A stretch of 64,000 bases of DNA from the human T2T-CHM13v2.0 reference genome, Homo sapiens: NCBI RefSeq assembly GCF_009914755.1, contig NC_060942.1; one strand, written 5' to 3'. The notes beneath the pieces are model-generated. The model was not told where the DNA came from and searched no databases. It saw only the letters and a program-made list of their open reading frames with translations. Of this stretch, positions 42,189 to 52,258 are shown piece by piece. The position numbers were made by a program, and so were the translations under genes. Numbering within the stretch: the stretch's first letter is position 1; every line of letters begins with the position of its first letter.

Positions 42189-43873
42189 TCATATAGAATG
42201 ATTGGTGATGGCCTGGATACGGTTTTGGATGAATTGAGAAACTAAATGGAAGATACGAGGTCCGAATAAAAGAAGGAGAAAAATGGGTATTAAAGAACTA
42301 AGAATTGGGAGGACCCAGGACATCCAATTAGAGAGTGCCCAAGGGGATTCAGTGTAATTACTTGCTTGGTTGGCAAGTTTTTGGGCTCTATCCTTGAGTT
42401 TTTTTATGTTGTCATACACCAGGCCAGATTGATTTAGGTAAAAACAACACTCTTCATTTAAGAATATACAGAATCCTCCTTTTTCAACAGTGAGTAAGTC
42501 AAGGCCTCGGCAGTTTTGGAGGACAACTGCAGCTAAAGAGTCAACTTGGGCCTGGAGGACTGATAAAGTTTGTGATATGTCTGTGATGCTAGCAGAGAAG
42601 TCATCAGACAGGCTACGGAAGGTCGTGACAGAGGTTGAAATGCCTGCTATTCCAGTACCGAGAGCAATAGTGGAGGCAGAAAGTCCTAAACCAACCATCA
42701 AGGGAATTAGTGGAATAACTCTTTTTTGTCGTGTCGGTGTCATGAGGGGAACAGGGAGCTCTTCGGTCCCATTTGCAAATTGAATTTTGGGGGTAAGGAA
42801 AACTAGTGTGCATGTGCCTGTCCAATTAGCAGGTAGACACATGTAGGTAGAGGATCCACAGAGGAAGAAGAGACCTTGTGCAAGGCAAAACTGGAGATGT
42901 AAAGTAAAAAGGTGAGGAGTGCTGAAAGGGGTGTCTTGTACCCAGACTCCTAGGGATCCAGCTAGGGCGGCAGCCGTCAGAGGTTGTAATGGGGACTGAT
43001 GGGGTAACTGCATAGAGGAGGAGGTTCGATTTTCATGGTGTATGAGAAAACGTTGACTATCCACGAGCAACCTTTCACTGTTATTTTCGGGACTGGGTAT
43101 AAGTAAACAAGAAGAGGACTTGGGAGGAGAGTCTGATGAGCAAGTGGAAGGTAGCCAAGGATGGAGTGAAATACAGCGTAAGTGTGTTCCTAAGCAATAA
43201 TTACTGCTAATGTTTTTAAGTTTGTCAGTATTGATAGAGGGCTTGTCTGTAATATGGAGCTGGAAGGCTCCAATTGTTTCAGTGATGTGTGTAGTTGGGC
43301 TTCGGAGATGAAGAGTAAAGGAACATCGAGAAGGTAAAATATTACCTAGGGGAATTCCAGTGGGTCTTTGCCGAGAGATACATAAAGGAGCGGCCACAGG
43401 AATAGTAGTTTGTGTTGTGAGAGGTCCAAATATGGGGGGAGTAGAGTATAAAGAGAAAGGTTTTTTAAATAAGTGCGGAGGAGGGCGGCAGCTTGCTGAT
43501 GTGAAATGTCTGGGGAAGTCTTGCTGGACCTGTCTAGAAAGTAAATGAGTTCTTTAGGAGGGTAAAGGTGAGGGCTGTTAAAGGAAGTTCGGAGGTGTAA
43601 GGAGACAGGAGATGTTGCCCAGTCTGTCTGTAAGGCGGGGACAGCTATGTAGGCACTGGAAGAAAGGGAAATGCAAAGCCAGCAGTTGGTCACTAAGGAG
43701 GGATTAGAAGCTGCTAGGAGAGAATGGGTAAGGTTGATAGTGTGGTGGAGATAGCTGGGGAGAGGTAAAGGGTGGCATAAGAATGGGAATGAGAATAAGA
43801 GTGAGTATAAAAGTAAAGAATAGAACTTCATCAGGGTGGAAGTATTGGAGGGTGCCCTGCCAGCAAAGATCAT
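42189..43873 (-). pseudogene. env: HERV-H env, nearly complete: one frameshift at ~43448 and a premature stop in the cytoplasmic tail
   Basis: ORF 43873-43346: ATG, hydrophobic signal segment, CWLC. ORF 43397-42189 (GTG start, open 402 codons): RQKR furin site, fusion peptide VIPLIPLMVGLGL, ISD LQNCRGLDLLTVEKGG, CX6CC (CIFLNEECC), TM anchor. The frame continues past TGA as QMFLLTTPQYHPLPQDLPSA*. Confidence 0.95.
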
Positions 43874-44169
43874 CTACCCACTCTGAGAGGGAATTAAGAG
43901 TGGCAGTTTGGGGATAGCACCAAGAGATATCAGCTGTGATGGCTTGAAGAAACAGTGTAAACCAGCAGTGTAAACAAGAGTAGGGCATTTATAAGTAGTT
44001 GAGAACAGAGAATAGGAGTAAGACTAGACAGAAAATAGTAGGGATGACAAGGTTTTTGGGGCTCAGCCTAAGTGGTGGGGTGACTTCATAAAGCCCTGTT
44101 GCAAAAAGTAGGGTAAGGACGAACAGACCTAATAGAATGAAGGGATGGTTAGGCTTATAAGGGTTATTA

Positions 44170-46480
44170 CTGTTCTTCAGAAATACGAGTGAGTTTAAGG
44201 GAAGTAGGGGAGAGTACTTGTGACTTCCAGGAGGAAGAGGAGGGATTAGGTTGGCTGTCCGATGGACACAGCTTTATTCTGGAATGGTGAACCCAGTGGG
44301 GAGGATCCTGCAGGCGGACGGCAGTTGGGGTACTATAGATGACTACGTAGGGTCCGGTCCATCCAGGTTGTAGAGTTTGAGGGGTCAGATTCTTAATAAG
44401 AACTGATCATCCAGCTAGGGTGTCTTCATATGGCTGGGGATCTGGAGTAGGCAAGTGAAGATTAGCAGCCTGGCGAATTTCCTGTCTAGCCTGTTGGAGG
44501 ACTGGAAGATAGTCACCTAGAGGGCTGGTGTCTGAGATGAGGTTGGGGCCAAGCAAGAAAGTGCGTCCATATAGAAGTTCAAATGGACTGTACCCTGTAG
44601 CATCTCGAGGACAGGCTCTAATTCTGAGAAGGGCAAGAGGTAAAAGCACTGTCCAATCCTTTTTAAGTTGGAGGCTGAGCTTGGTGAGGTGTGTCTTTAA
44701 AAGACCATTAGTCCGTTCTACTTTTCTTGAAGATTGAGGATGGTAAGGGATATGAAGGTCCCACTGAATATCAAGAGCCTGAGAAACTGCTTGGGTGATT
44801 TGACTAGAAAAGGTTGGTCTGTTATCAGACTGTATAGAGGTGAGAAGGCCAACCAAGGAATTCTGTCTGACAGAAGGAAATAAATGACCACGGTGGCCTT
44901 CTCAGACCCTGTAGGAAAGGACTCTACCTATCCAGTGGAAATGTCTACCTAGACTAAGAGGTATTTTAGTTATCTGACTCAGGGCATGTAAGTAAAGTCA
45001 ATTTGCCAGTCCTGGGCAGGGACAAATCTTCGAGCTTGATGTGTAGGAAATGGAGGGGACCTGAACAATCCCTGAGGGGCTAGTAGAATAGCAGATGGAA
45101 CACTGAGAAGTGATCTCCTTGAGGATAGATTTCCATGATGGAAAGGAAATGAGAGGTTCTAAGAGCCGGGCTAGAGGCTTGTACTATAGCATAGCCTGCT
45201 TTTGCTGGTGTGTGGCAATTAGGCCTGGTGGAACTGCCATCAATAAATCAAGCGTGATCAGGGTGAGAAACAGGGAAGAAGGAAATGTGGGGAAATGGAG
45301 TGAACGTCAGGTGGATCAGAGAGATACAGTCATGGGGGTCAGCTGTGGTAACAGGAATAATGTGGGAGGCCGGATTGAAGTCCGGGCCAGGAACAATGGT
45401 AATTGTGGGACTTAACAAAGAGTGAGTACAGCTGAAGGAGCCAGGGAGCAGAAAGTATATGTGTCAGGTATGAGGAAGAACATCGATTCTGGAAGTTATG
45501 AGAAATGTAAAGAGTAAGTTGAAGATAGTTTGTGATTTTGAGGGCCTCTGAAAGTATTAGGGCAGCAGCAGCTGCTACACGGAGACATGATGGCTAGGCT
45601 AAAACAGTAAGGTCAAGTTGTGTGGACAGAAAGGCTACAGGGTGCGGTCCTGGCTCTTGTGTAAGAATTCTGACTGCACTAACCATGCCTAGGAAGGAAA
45701 GGAGTGGTTTTGTAAGGGATTGAGGTTTGGGAGATTAATTGGACTCGATCAGCAGGGAGAGCACGTGTGTTTTTATGAGAATTATGCTGAGATAGGTAAC
45801 AGTTAAGGAAGAAATTTAGGCTTGACTGAAGTAATGGGGGCTGCCTGTGAAGCTTTGCGGCAGTACAGCCCAGGTAATTTGCTGAGCCTGATGGGTGTCA
45901 GGGTCAGTCCAAGTGAAAGCGAGGAGAGGCTGGGATGATGGGTGCAAAGGAATAGTAAAGAAAGCATGTTTGAGATCCAGAACAGAATAATGGGTTGTGG
46001 AGGGAGGTATTGAGTATAGGAGAGTATATGGGTTTGGCACCATGGGGTGGATAGGCAAAACAATTTGGTTGATAAAGCATAGATCCTGAACTAACTTGTA
46101 AGGCTTGTCTGGTTTTAGGACAGGTAAAATGGGGGAATGATAAGGAGAGTTTATAGGCTATAAAAGACCATGCTGTAGCAGGCGAGTGATAACAGGCTTT
46201 AATCCTTTCAAAGCATGCTGTGGGATGGGATATTGGCGTTGAGCAGGGTAAGGGTGATTAGGTTTTAATGAGATGGTAAGGGGTGCATGATTGGTCACCA
46301 AGGAGGGAGTAGAGGTATCTTATACTTGTGGGTTAAGGTGGGGGAATACAAGAGGAGGACACAAAGGAGGCTTTGGATTGGGAAGGAAGGCAGCAATGAG
46401 ATGTAGCTATAATCCAGGAATAGTCAGGGAAGCAGATAATTTAGTTAAAGTGTCTCGGCCTAATAAGGGAACTGGGCAGG
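44170..46480 (-). pseudogene. pol: HERV-H pol remnants (RT, RNase H, integrase), internally deleted and frameshifted
   Basis: RT motifs VLDLKHAFF and LPQSF in ORF 45816-46058 (no YxDD seen after it in the ORF track); integrase core IQSDNRP...YHPQSSRKVERTNGLLK in ORF 44407-44856. Confidence 0.9.
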
Positions 46481-46489
46481 TGGGGATAA

Positions 46490-46678
46490 CTAAAAGGAGT
46501 GCTTAAAAGAGTATTGTCTAAGTTGGCACGAGAGTTGGGGAGTTTTAAGAGGTTTAGCAACCTGGCTGTCAATACCCACAACAGTTATGGAGGCAAGGGA
46601 AACAGGCCCTTGAAAAGAAGGTAATGTGGAGTGGGTAGCCTCCATATTGATTAAGAAGAGGACGGACTTACCTTCCAC
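46490..46678 (-). pseudogene. pro: HERV-H protease remnant
   Basis: FLINMEATHSTL is a degenerate FLxDTGAxxS active site; VVGIDS flap region. Confidence 0.75.
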
Positions 46679-46758
46679 TGTGAGAGTTACCCGAAGCTCG
46701 GCGTCCGTGATGGTCTAGGGGGCTTCCGAGGCGATCGGGCAGCGTCAGTCTTCAGCCG

Positions 46759-47900
46759 CTAAGCCAAGAAGATCTGGGAAGGAGTCAGAGAGCCTTGGGC
46801 CAGAGTTCCAGCGGCTGTGGGAGTGGCTGTCAGGTGAGTTGGACAGTCCGATTTCCAGTGGGGTCCTGCACAGATGGGACACGGCTTAGGAGGAATCCTG
46901 GGCTGCAGGCATTCCTTGGCCTGGTGGCCAGATTTCTGGCACTTGTAGCAAGCTCCTGGGGGAGGAGGTTCTGGAGGAACGCCTGGCTGCTGCAGTTCAG
47001 GCATTTGGAAGTTCTTGTGTGCTGGAGATGTGGCTGGGATTCGTCTCACAGTGGAGGCAAGGAATTGCAACTTTTCTCTATTATTGTACACCTTGAAGGC
47101 GAGGTTAATTAAATCCTGTTGTGGGGTTTGAGGGCTGGAATTTAATTTTTGGAGTTTTATTTAATGTCAGGAGCAGATTGGGTAATAAAATGTATTTTGA
47201 GAATAAGACGGCCTTTTGACCTTTTAGGGTCTAGGGCTGTAAAGTGTCTCAGGGTTGCTGCTGAACGAGTCATGAATTGGGCTGGATTTTTATATTTGAT
47301 GAAAAAGAGCCTAAATGCTATCTGATTTGGGATAAAGAAAAAGGAGCATTAACCTTGACTATGCCTTTAGCTCTCCAGCCACCTTTTTAAGAGTAAATTG
47401 CTGGGCAGGTGGGGGAGGGCTAGTCACGGAATGAAACTGTAAGCCGGACCGGGTGTGAGGAGGGGAGGTGATAAAAGGATTATAGGGTGGAGGAGCAGAG
47501 GCTGAGGAAGAATTGGGACCTAGCTCGGCCTGGCGAGGAGCAGCCTGGGGAGGAGGGGAGAGGTCAGATGGGTCTGTAGAAAAGGAATATTAGAAAGACT
47601 CAGCGACGCTTGGGGTTGGGACTGAGGGGACAGGTGGGAGGGTAAAAAGGAAGATTTGGGACAAGTTGCACTGGGCACAGAGACTAGGGAGGGACCAATG
47701 TGTAAAAGAATGCCTGGACATCAGGCACCTCAGACCATTTGCCCATTTTACGACAAGAATTATTTAGATCTTGCAGGATGGAAAAATTGAAAGTGCTGTT
47801 TTCCGGCTATTTGGAACTACTGTCGAGTTTGTATTGGGGTCAAGCGGCATTGCAGAAGAAAATAAGACACTTAGATTTTAGGTCAGGTGAGAGTTGAAGA
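46759..47900 (-). pseudogene. gag: HERV-H gag remnant (nucleocapsid zinc knuckles preserved; 5' boundary approximate)
   Basis: CYKCQKSGHQAKEC (CX2CX4HX4C) and CPICAGPHWKSDC in ORF 46759-47091. Confidence 0.85.
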
Positions 47901-48049
47901 GGTTTTAAGTTCTTAAGAACACAGGCCAAAGGAAAAGAAGGAGGAACGGAGGGTGGAATTTTGCCCATAGTGAAGGAGGCAAGTTTAAAGAAAAGGGAGA
48001 GTAGAGACACGGAGGGAAGCGGTTTGGGGGTTCTTACCCTCCAGAAAAG

Positions 48050-48450
48050 CAGGAAAGGGGTCAGGGCACAGAGATACAAGGTTGGGGTGCAGAAATAAGG
48101 GATCAGGGCACAGAGAAATAAGAGGTTGGGGTGTGGAAATAAGGGATCGGGGTGCAGAGATATAAGAGGTCGGGGCACGGAAATAAGGGATTGGGGTGCA
48201 GAGATAAGAGGTCAGTGCGTGGAAATAAGGGATTGGGGGGCAGAGATATAAGAGGTTGGGGTGTGGAAATAAGGGATTGGGGCACAGAGATACGAGGTTG
48301 GGGTACTTGCCCTCCTCTAAAAAAGCGGGACTTGCCACTAAGAGTGAAGGAGAAGGGGTTGGGGGTTTCTTGCCCCCCAGAAAGGCAGAGAAGGGGTAGA
48401 GACACAGAGAGAAGTGGTTGGGGTACTTGTCCCTTCCCCAGAAAAGCGGG
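48050..48450. repeat. Degenerate tandem repeats in the HERV-H 5' leader
   Basis: Alternating AAATAAGGGAT(T/C)GGGG..CAGAGA and (TA)TAAGAGGTTGGGGTGTGG modules at 48050-48300; GGGGTACTTG...AAAAGCGGGACTTGCC duplicated at ~48300 and ~48420. Confidence 0.8.
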
Positions 48451-48891
48451 ACTTGCCGCTAAGGGTGAAGGACCAAGGCAGGCGTCCCTGCATGGTCTGA
48501 CACCTCTGAAACCTGGAAGAATAATCAGAGAGGCTTCCCTGCAATGATTAAACACCAAGGGAAGGCTGCCTTCCCTAGTCCGTGACCAGCGCCAGAGTTT
48601 TGGGTCCACGGATAAAACGTGTCTCCTTTGTCTCTACCAGAAAATGAAAGGAATTGAAATTAAGAGAAGGGAGAGATATTGAAGTGTGGCGCCAAGATTG
48701 AAAGGAGAAAGAGGTTGAGGGATAGTGAGGGAGGTTGGAAAAGAGAGTAAAAAGAGGCCACTTACTGGATTTGAAATTGGTGAGATGTTTCTTGGGCTGG
48801 TTGGTCTAAGGACCTGAGGTTGTAGGTGGATCTTTCTCACGGAGCAAAGAGCAGGAGGACAGGGTACTGATCTCCCAAGGGAGGTCCCCCT

Positions 48892-48909
48892 ATCCGAGTC
48901 ACATCACCA
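48892..48909 (-). other. Primer-binding site for tRNA-His
   Basis: Minus strand TGGTGATGTGACTCGGAT, 16/18 match to the His PBS TGGTGCCGTGACTCGGAT, just after the 5' LTR. Confidence 0.9.
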
Positions 48910-48911
48910 AA

Positions 48912-49364
48912 TTTCATGAGCGTCCGTGTGAAGAGACCACCAAACAGGCTTTGTGTGAGCAACATGGCTGTTTATTTCACCTGGGTGCAGGCGGGCTGAG
49001 TCCAAAAAGACAGTCAGCGAAGGGAGATAGGGGTGGGGCTGTTTTATAAGATTTGGGCAGGTAAAGGAAAATTACAGTCAAAGGGGGTTTGTTCTCTGGT
49101 GGGCAGGAGTGGGGGTCGCAAGGTGCTCAGTGGGGGTGCTTTTTGAGCCAGGATGAGCCAGGAAAAGGACTTTCACAAGGTAATGTCATCACTTAAGGGA
49201 AGGACCAGCCATTTACACTTCTTTTGTGGTGGAATGTCATCAGTTAAGGCGGGGCAGGGCATTTTCACTTCTTTTGTGATTCTTCAGTTACTTCAGGCCA
49301 TCTGGGCATGTACATGCAAGTCACAGGGGATGCGATGGCTTGGCTTGGGCTCAGAGGCCTGACA
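48912..49364 (-). promoter_or_regulatory. 5' LTR7 promoter/enhancer of HERV-H and LINC-ROR
   Basis: TATAAAA at 49048-49042, GC/GT boxes, two CACAAAAGAAG motifs 50 bp apart (49228-49218, 49278-49268). LTR7 is an established pluripotent-cell promoter. Confidence 0.92.
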
Positions 49365-49475
49365 AAGCCCCTTAGGGAAATTATCCTGTGAGTCCACCAA
49401 AGGATTTGTGCTTATGAGGTGGACTCCTAGAAATGAGGGTTCTGCATCGTGACCGAGCCACTATATCCTCCTAAG

Positions 49476-49680
49476 TGTCTGTACATATGTGTGTGTGCAT
49501 TTCTGTGTGTCCATATGTGTGCATATGTGTATGTGTGCATGAGTGTTCATATGCGTGTGTGTGCACTTGTATTATGGTCATGTGTGTGCATGTGCTTATG
49601 TGTGCATGTATGTGCGTGTGTGCATGCCTGTGTATTAATATGTGTGTGCATGTATGTGTGTGCATATGTGTGTGTGTGTG
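49476..49680. repeat. Degenerate (TG)n/(TGCA)n alternating purine-pyrimidine tract
   Basis: ~200 bp of tgtgtgtgcatatgtg-type sequence; (ATTG)n follows at ~49786-49808. Confidence 0.9.
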
Positions 49681-52059
49681 GTCTTTATCTGCCTGTTGGA
49701 TTGATATGGGAATATGGGAATGCTATTTGGCTGGTGCCGACCTTCTTCTGATCTGCACAATGGCACTGCAGCACTGTAGAAAATATATTGATTGATTGAT
49801 TGATTGATCTTTTTGAAATTAAATGAGCAGGGATCTGGGAGTCATGAGACCTGGGATCTGACCAGTGGATCAGTCAGCAGATATCTATTGAGCACAGGGA
49901 AGCACTATGCTGGGCACTATGGAGGAATCGAAGAAGCAAATGATACTCTTCTGCCTCCAGTTAATAAAAGTGTGTGGGGCAGTCACCAATTTCTGTTGGG
50001 CCCTCTGACTATGAATCCTGAAATCACAAAACTCTGGAGTTGCACAGGGGCATGGGAATGCCTTCGCCCTGTCCTCTTACCTCCTGGATGAGGAAGCTGA
50101 GGATGAGGGAATTGAGCTGACTCATGTCATGTTCCATTGGAGTGTCCTGAATTCCGGTCTGTGATTATTGACCAGTTGAACAGCTCTGCCTTTCCGAAAA
50201 GATCACATGGGCTCTGCTCTCATTTTTGCCAGGGGACCCAGCAGAAATGAGGCCTGCCCATCTTCAGAATTTATCTTCTATCAGATGGGCAGGGCAGCCC
50301 CTCACAAGTGCTGGGAAGCTCAGCAAAAATGTCCTTGGAAGGTACTTTTCGTCCATAGCAGGGGGATGAAAGTGACTCGGATTAGAACTGCATTATTATA
50401 ATGATTACACAACAATTAACTTTTATCTTGCAATAACTAAATTCCAGATGCTTTGCCGAGGGCTTTATATGCATCATCTATTTTAACTTTCAGAACACGA
50501 TGTGAGTACTATTATTATCTGTGGTTTATGTGTAAGGACACTGAAGCTCAGAGAAGTGACAAGACTTGCCCAGTGACACATAGTTGGTGCCTGGATTTGC
50601 GCATGAATACCAGCTCCAGTGGTTGAGCAAAAAATCTCATCAACTTAAGTTATTTTCGTTTCTACGATTCCCAAGGACAGTCTACCATTTATTTATTACT
50701 AAAAGCAGTTGCTATTTCTATGTTAATGTAGACAAAGTGTGTGCTAGTCCCCCTTTATAAAGCCAAGGTTGGGCATCAGACAGATACATTTCTAGTAACT
50801 AACCCTTTTCATCGAAGGTTGGCAGCATCCTGTCAAACTTCATAGGCATACGGGGAGAGGAACTGTAATTAAGTCTGTGGTGTAACAGACTAAAACAGAA
50901 TGCGAAATTACTGGAGTCTTGTGGTTTGGGGAAATTCTCCTCCCACCCCACTAGAAAGACAAATAGTTTTCAAAATAATTATGTTTTTCCATTTTAGAAA
51001 TTAAAAAAATAAATTAAGATTCCAATTGCCTGCCTTATGTGTTGCAAATAATTTCCAGGTAATGATCAAATTCCTTTCTTCTCTGGTGAGGAAATTTGTT
51101 CATGGTTAAGGCTGATCAGCTTTCAGATATCATGGCTATCAGTCAGAAAGACACAAACAATACGGTGCATTGTACACTTATGTAATTAGCATTTCCCCCA
51201 ATTAGAGTATTAGGAGAAGCATAACATCAAGACTTGGTTTGATGTTGGGCATGCTGTTTTTTTGTGGCATCGTCTTCGGGAATAATGGCATTTAGCTATA
51301 TACGAAGAAATATCTACAGAGCGAGCACCAGGCAGAGGCTAGCTGGTCCCCTAGCCAGCTAGGTGGTGTCATTCAGACTCCATCTTGCAGGAAGAATTAT
51401 GGAGGTGCTAGAAATTTCAAGGGCAACCTCCTGTACACCCTTCTCTTCTCCACCTCTGCCCCTGCCCCCTTTAATTAGGTTGTTTGGTTTGTCCCTGACA
51501 GTAACCAAAGTTACCAGGGCCTATGCAGAAAGGAGACTTCTTGGTCTCTGTCTCCAGTGAGAGGATGAACACCTCGCAAGGGGTTAAACTCAGAGGGACC
51601 CTGGAGACCAGCGTTGCAGAGTACCCCTCCTGGGAGCCACTGTGGCTGAGTGACAGCTGAAAGGCTGGGAAGTGTCACCGAGAGACAGAGGAGGACCCAG
51701 CACTCTGGGTAGATTTTTATCACTTTCTTGAACACTTCAAATTACAAACATTAGTTCTGAGGCTTTGTTTCACAATTGGTGCCGCAGCAATTGGTTTTTG
51801 TTCATTGATTTACATGAACGCATATTGTAGTTGGTTTCTTAGGATACATAATTTGTGTCGAGAGGTTGCTTTTGTTCCTGGGAACTCTTGAGGGAATGTG
51901 GGAGAATGAAAATATCACCGCAATGCATCCCTCCCCTCCTGGGGATCTCATCTGTTGTTGGGGTGGGGGGCTGGCAACATCCACTTGTTCACAGGTCAGT
52001 GAGAAGCGAGAGGAGGTGACGGGTGTCTGTCTCTGTCTTGGCCCTATTTTCACTTTGGC

Positions 52060-52258
52060 CTCATGGTCAGGGCATTGTTGACATTTTGAGCTGGGGGTGG
52101 GAGGGCTGTCCTGTGCATTGTAGGGTAATTAACAGTGTCCTGGGATTGTACCCACTAGATGCCAGTGGCACCCCCTTCCCCAGTTTCAACAACCAAAAAT
52201 GCCCCCAGATGTTGCCAGATGTCCTCTGGGGCAAAACCATCCCTGGTTGAGAACCACT
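52060..52258 (-). mobile_element. MER20-like DNA transposon
   Basis: tacccactagatgccagtggcacc...caaccaaaaatgcccccagatgttgccagatgtcctctggggcaaaa...ggttgagaaccactg. Confidence 0.8.

Larger units (their letters stand above)
41510..49364 (-). mobile_element. HERV-H provirus (LTR7-HERVH-int-LTR7), 7855 bp, env retained
   Basis: Two 453-bp LTRs starting TGTCAGGCCTCTGAGCCCAAG on the minus strand; 5-bp TSD AAGCC at 41505-41509 and 49365-49369; His PBS, PPT and gag/pro/pol/env remnants in retroviral order. Confidence 0.98.

Noticed and set aside
42189-43397. 402-aa env ORF as a stand-alone functional gene
   Set aside because: Starts at an internal GTG (Val) and lacks the signal peptide and CWLC; treated as the downstream part of a frameshifted env.
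48103-48609. 168-aa repetitive ORF in the HERV-H leader
   Set aside because: Translation of the leader tandem repeats; no evidence of coding function.
41498-49380. TTAGGGAAA on both sides of the provirus, suggesting a longer TSD or telomeric seed
   Set aside because: The true TSD is the 5-bp AAGCC abutting the LTRs; the 9-mer is a small pre-existing local repeat with single TTAGGG units.
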